Positions 59,950 through 64,000 of a DNA stretch of 64,000 bases are shown one piece after another (position 1 is the stretch's first letter; each line of letters starts with the position of its first letter). The DNA is taken from contig JANXCV010000002.1 in the NCBI GenBank assembly GCA_025059235.1, forward strand, positions 145,498-209,497. Direction: 5' to 3'. The stretch is from Candidatus Calescibacterium sp. (lineage in GTDB: Bacteria > DRYD01). A model generated the notes under the pieces. It saw only the letters and a list, made by a program, of their open reading frames with translations, was not told the origin of the DNA and made no database searches. Position numbers and translations under genes: made by a program.

Positions 59950-60748
59950 AGTTGAAAAGAACAAAGTGCAGAGAAATAAATATGACAAAAAGACGAAAAA
60001 GCAAGCAGAAAAAAAAGTCGAAAAAAAATCTGGGAAAATAGATGGTAAAACCGTAACCAATGAGCTAATATTCAAGTTTTTCTTATCAAATCCATACTTT
60101 AGGAATTTAGACAAGAAGACATTGGTGTCTGTTAGTGATAAGTCCAAAATCAGAAATATAAGAAAAACTCTTAAAATATCCAAAGATGTCATAGATCAGA
60201 AAAAATATAGATTTCTTATGAATAATTACTGTTTTATAAAAGAGAATTGGGTTTTTACCTTAGTAGAAAACAATTATAAGAAGGTAATAGTTGATGTTTT
60301 ATACCCTGGCCAGGTAATAGATCTTAGTATCCTAGATGATTTGCCTGAATCCAAATTAGTTATTCCACGAGGAACTGTGTTAATACTCGTACCATTTGAT
60401 CCAGAAATATCTCAAAAAATTCAAGAATATAAACAATATGTAGCTAAACAAAAGCTAAGATCATTTTATGTTGACTTGATAAATTACAGATCGCTTGATA
60501 GTATAAATAGATTAATATATTTTCTTGCAAAATATTCTAAATCAAACTCTATAATGAATTCCTCTGATGAACTTTTATTTCACAACAAAAAGTTAATATC
60601 ATACATAACAGGTAATTCTCACGAGGTAATAGTAAAAAACTTTAAAAAGCTTCAAAAAATGAATTATATCCACCTAAACAACGGAAAAATAAAAATAAAC
60701 TTACAGAAGATAGAGCAATGGATCAAAAATTCAAGGATAATAATATGA
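59942..60748 (+). CDS. Crp/Fnr-like transcriptional regulator (cNMP-binding-like barrel plus C-terminal HTH) with a Lys-rich N-terminal extension
   Basis: C-terminal ISYITGNSHEVIVKNFKKLQKMNYIHLNNGKIKI resembles the Crp-family HTH (...LA..lG.sretvsR.L..L...G.I.....I.I). A beta-barrel-like region lies upstream. Confidence 0.45.
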   Translation: MSKVEKNKVQRNKYDKKTKKQAEKKVEKKSGKIDGKTVTNELIFKFFLSNPYFRNLDKKTLVSVSDKSKIRNIRKTLKISKDVIDQKKYRFLMNNYCFIKENWVFTLVENNYKKVIVDVLYPGQVIDLSILDDLPESKLVIPRGTVLILVPFDPEISQKIQEYKQYVAKQKLRSFYVDLINYRSLDSINRLIYFLAKYSKSNSIMNSSDELLFHNKKLISYITGNSHEVIVKNFKKLQKMNYIHLNNGKIKINLQKIEQWIKNSRIII

Positions 60749-62115
60749 AGATTATCGATAAAAGGATAATAAAGATGCTTTGTGTTTTTATTTTTACTAT
60801 ATCCTTTGTTTTTTCAGATGAATTTTTTTATAAAATTGATCAATTAATCCAGAACGGAAAATATAATGAAGCTATCCAAATCTTAGAGAGGAATAGACAA
60901 AAAATTGGGATTGATTATTATACTGTTCTGGCTGTTATATATGCTCATAAGGGTAGAGATTATAACGAAATTCTTCAAAAGGCAAGAAAGATTTTTGTAG
61001 ATTCTGAGACGGATACCGAAAAAAAGGATAGAAATTTTTCAAAAATATTGTATACCTATGGATATATCGAATACTATATTAATTCGGATACTTATAGGGC
61101 TGAAATTTTTCTAAAAGAATCGATAAAGTACAACCCGAATAACGATAGATCTCTGATTACTCTTGCCCAGATAAATTATGATAGAAATCAAACAGATACA
61201 GCGGAGGAACTGCTAGACAGAACCTTTGAGATTTTGAAAACCAATAATTCGATCACTGAAGAATTCTTAAAAATATATAACCAAGTACTTCTGGAAAACA
61301 GAAGATATAACAAGATAGCTAAGATAATGAAACCATACGTGGATAAGTTTGATACTGTTAAACTTTTTTATTCTAAGGCACTGGCTTACAACTCCGAATA
61401 TATTGAAGCAAACAACATTATTAAAAGCTTTCTTTATAAAAACAATGATAATTTAGAAGCTTACTATATTTTGGGACTTACTTACAAAGATTCAAAAATT
61501 AGGGCAAATGAAGGATTGGAATTAATAGAAAAACTCAATAAAGAGAAGAACGACAGATACTATATCAAGCTCGCTCAATTCTATGAAGGACTAGAAGACA
61601 TAGACATGGCAATTAATTACTACGATAAAGCTCTATCTATCAATAAAAATAATGATAAATACTACATTTTAGCAATAACCTATGCAATAGACAAAGGGGT
61701 TACTTCAAGGGCTATAAATTGGGCTATAGAATACTATAACAAAAAACCTAACGACTTTCACGCTAACCTATTCCTTGCAATATGTTATGAATATCAGAAG
61801 CAATTCGATAAATCCAAGGAATATTACTATAGATCAATAGATATAGACCCTACTAGGTATGAGTCCTATGTTAGACTGGCTTGGATAGTTTTGGAACAGG
61901 AAGAGGATTTTAACACTTGTGCAGAAGTACTACTAAAAGGATATAAAAACATAAAGGATAACTACTATAAGAACAGAATAAGAAAAGCACTTAAGGATCT
62001 ATTAGAACTTGAGGAAGAATACAAAAAGAGATACAAACAAAAAACCGGTAAAGATATACCGAAACCTATAAGCCCAACCGTAAAAGAACAAATAAAAGGA
62101 ATAATAACAGAATGA
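60718..62115 (+). CDS. TPR-repeat protein with an N-terminal signal/anchor
   Basis: Repeated A..Y..LG..Y and W..A..YY TPR-like units along 465 aa. Confidence 0.55.
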   Translation: MDQKFKDNNMKIIDKRIIKMLCVFIFTISFVFSDEFFYKIDQLIQNGKYNEAIQILERNRQKIGIDYYTVLAVIYAHKGRDYNEILQKARKIFVDSETDTEKKDRNFSKILYTYGYIEYYINSDTYRAEIFLKESIKYNPNNDRSLITLAQINYDRNQTDTAEELLDRTFEILKTNNSITEEFLKIYNQVLLENRRYNKIAKIMKPYVDKFDTVKLFYSKALAYNSEYIEANNIIKSFLYKNNDNLEAYYILGLTYKDSKIRANEGLELIEKLNKEKNDRYYIKLAQFYEGLEDIDMAINYYDKALSINKNNDKYYILAITYAIDKGVTSRAINWAIEYYNKKPNDFHANLFLAICYEYQKQFDKSKEYYYRSIDIDPTRYESYVRLAWIVLEQEEDFNTCAEVLLKGYKNIKDNYYKNRIRKALKDLLELEEEYKKRYKQKTGKDIPKPISPTVKEQIKGIITE

Positions 62116-62128
62116 AGGGTGAAAAAAC

Positions 62129-63271
62129 ATGAATTTATACGAATACCAAGGTAAAAAGATTTTCCAAAAGTATTCAATTCCTACCACACGAGGAATACTT
62201 ATAGACAGGGATTATGAGAATGATTATGTATTTTTGCAGGAGCTACAACAACAACTGAAATACCCTGTGGTCATTAAAGCTCAGGTAAAAGTCGGTGGAA
62301 GAGGAAAAGCTGGAGGGATAAAAATAGCCAACAATAGCGAAGAATTCATGAAATTTACAAAACAAATATTTAGTATGGACATAAAAGGGATCAGGGTAAA
62401 TAAAATTTTGATAGATGAATATGTCCCAATTGAAAAAGAGTTTTATATGAGTTTTATAATAGATAGATCTCTTTCTATACCTGTATTTATATTCTCTCCT
62501 TCAGGAGGAGTAGACATAGAAGAAGTTGCGGAAAAATATCCGGAAAAAATATCTAAAGAGTATATATCGAATTTAGATTTGTTTGATTTTCAAATCAGAA
62601 ATGCTATTCTGAGAGTCTACAGAGAAGATATAAATCATGTGAAACAGATTGAATCGATTGCTCTTAAGCTGTATAGATTATTTAGGGAGAATAACTGTGT
62701 GCTCGCTGAGATAAATCCGCTTGTTCTATCGGGATCTAATTTCATTGCTTTGGATTCAAAAATAATTTTAGATGAGAATGCAATTGATTCGATAGAGGAT
62801 GAAGAAGATGAGTCTAGATCTCCCTTAGAAGAGGAGGCAAAAAGACTAGGATTGGCATATGTTGAACTAGATGGTAATATAGGTGTAATTGGTAATGGAG
62901 CTGGTCTAGTAATGTACACTATAGACTTGATCAATCTTTATGGAGGAAAAGCTGCTAATTTCCTAGATATTGGTGGGGGAGCGAGAGCCGATAGAGTAAA
63001 GCAGAGCGTAACACTTGTACTCAAAAATCCAAAAGTAAAAGGCCTATTTATAAATATATTTGGAGGTATAACTCGATGTGATGAGGTTGCATACGGAATA
63101 ATCGAAGCTTATAACGAGAAAGAATACAACATTCCTTTAGTAGTCAGATTACAAGGAACGAACTATGAAGAAGGCAAAAGGATTCTTGAAAAACTAAAAG
63201 AGAGAATAAGTTTTGAGTTTACTGAATCTGCAGAAAAAGGTGCAGAATTAATAACATCTTTGGTAAAATAA
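62129..63271 (+). CDS. sucC: Succinate--CoA ligase (ADP-forming) beta subunit
   Basis: MNLYEYQGKKIFQKY..IP ATP-grasp N-terminus. C-terminal GNIGVIGNGAGLVMYTIDLI and NIFGGITRCD ligase-CoA motifs. Confidence 0.8.
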   Translation: MNLYEYQGKKIFQKYSIPTTRGILIDRDYENDYVFLQELQQQLKYPVVIKAQVKVGGRGKAGGIKIANNSEEFMKFTKQIFSMDIKGIRVNKILIDEYVPIEKEFYMSFIIDRSLSIPVFIFSPSGGVDIEEVAEKYPEKISKEYISNLDLFDFQIRNAILRVYREDINHVKQIESIALKLYRLFRENNCVLAEINPLVLSGSNFIALDSKIILDENAIDSIEDEEDESRSPLEEEAKRLGLAYVELDGNIGVIGNGAGLVMYTIDLINLYGGKAANFLDIGGGARADRVKQSVTLVLKNPKVKGLFINIFGGITRCDEVAYGIIEAYNEKEYNIPLVVRLQGTNYEEGKRILEKLKERISFEFTESAEKGAELITSLVK

Positions 63272-63275
63272 GAAT

Positions 63276-63737
63276 ATGAACGAATTCGAAAAATTGATTA
63301 TCCCATACGAAAAAGAGGTCATCAGTATACTGAAATTTTACAACTGTAATTCATACAGTCCTTATTCGAAATTCAAGGTTTCTTCGTGTTTGACGATTAT
63401 GAAGGAGGGTAAGATACACTATATCGGAGCTTGCAATGTTGAAAATTCATCTTACGGTTTGAGTATATGTGCAGAAAGAAATGCTGTTTTTAAGGCAGTA
63501 TCTGAAGGTATGATCCCTGGAAACCAACAAACTAAGTGGCTATTTATCTCCATATTTGTCCCTACTCACAGGTTCATATTTCCTTGTGGTGCATGTAGGC
63601 AGGTAATATCTGAATTCATAGAAGATATAGCTATAGTAGTATACAATAATGAATTCCGAAAAAAGATAGTTTTACTAAATGAAATATTTAAGGAAAAATT
63701 TAGCCCTAAGGATTTAAGAGTAACAGAGGAGGAATAA
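63276..63737 (+). CDS. cdd: Cytidine deaminase
   Basis: CAERNA and PCGACRQ zinc-binding motifs. Confidence 0.8.
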   Translation: MNEFEKLIIPYEKEVISILKFYNCNSYSPYSKFKVSSCLTIMKEGKIHYIGACNVENSSYGLSICAERNAVFKAVSEGMIPGNQQTKWLFISIFVPTHRFIFPCGACRQVISEFIEDIAIVVYNNEFRKKIVLLNEIFKEKFSPKDLRVTEEE

Positions 63738-63739
63738 AT

Positions 63740-64000
63740 TATGATAGTTAGGATACTTATGAAAACTGCTCTAACATTGATCTTTTTACTTTTAATTGTT
63801 TTTCCTAAAGAAAAAATAAAAATATACTCCTATATACCTTATCCGGAAATTAAAGAAATTATAAGCTATCATATTGAAAAAAATAAGAGTTCCAAATTGC
63901 TTTCTCTTTTTGATATATATTACCAAAATGTTGACAATATAGTAAACTTCGATAGGATTCTGAAAACAGAAGAGATAGATATTTTAATTATTCCAATCAT
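63740..64000 (+). CDS. Hypothetical protein with an N-terminal signal/anchor; 3' end lies outside the window
   Basis: Open frame from ATG 63740 to the window end: MIVRILMKTALTLIFLLLIVFPKEK... Confidence 0.35.

Noticed and set aside
1-64000. CRISPR array
   Set aside because: I saw no regularly spaced short direct repeats anywhere in the window.

Overview
Low-GC (AT-rich) bacterial chromosome window, mostly densely packed housekeeping genes on both strands. Recognised genes include serS, ddl, tlyA, wecB, pilT, coaE, rpe, fabG, rodA, rsmI, secD, cydAB, rtcB, trmD, sucC and cdd. There is one isolated 5S rRNA (about 40515-40633) and one tRNA-Leu(CAG) (46075-46162). No CRISPR array or intact prophage is visible. 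The accessory-looking part is about 3.3-12.2 kb. It contains a type IV pilin/pseudopilin-like cluster: two proteins with class III (prepilin) signal peptides flank a large reading frame that is broken by frameshifts and four in-frame stop codons, so it is probably a decayed pilus-associated gene. After that comes about 3.5 kb of gene-poor, decayed DNA. This stretch holds a disrupted AAA-ATPase/PD-(D/E)XK-like pseudogene and a degraded 180-bp copy of an internal segment of the gmhB-like gene that lies intact 5.7 kb downstream. A second rearrangement hotspot is at 39.1-40.6 kb. It has a duplicated 5' fragment of the flotillin gene, a small G/C-richer IS-like element bounded by 19-bp inverted repeats, two near-identical 18-20 bp palindromes, and the orphan 5S gene. 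The most unusual intact gene is a 652-aa ORF that reads as glutamyl-tRNA reductase (HemA) fused in frame to hydroxymethylbilane synthase (HemC). Other points worth a look: an HD-GYP/PilT operon; a bactofilin-like repeat protein with two small aromatic-tailed proteins; and several split-enzyme subunits whose usual partners are absent nearby (korA without korB, sucC without sucD, secD without secF). All calls come from reading the translations and sequence by eye; no searches were run.
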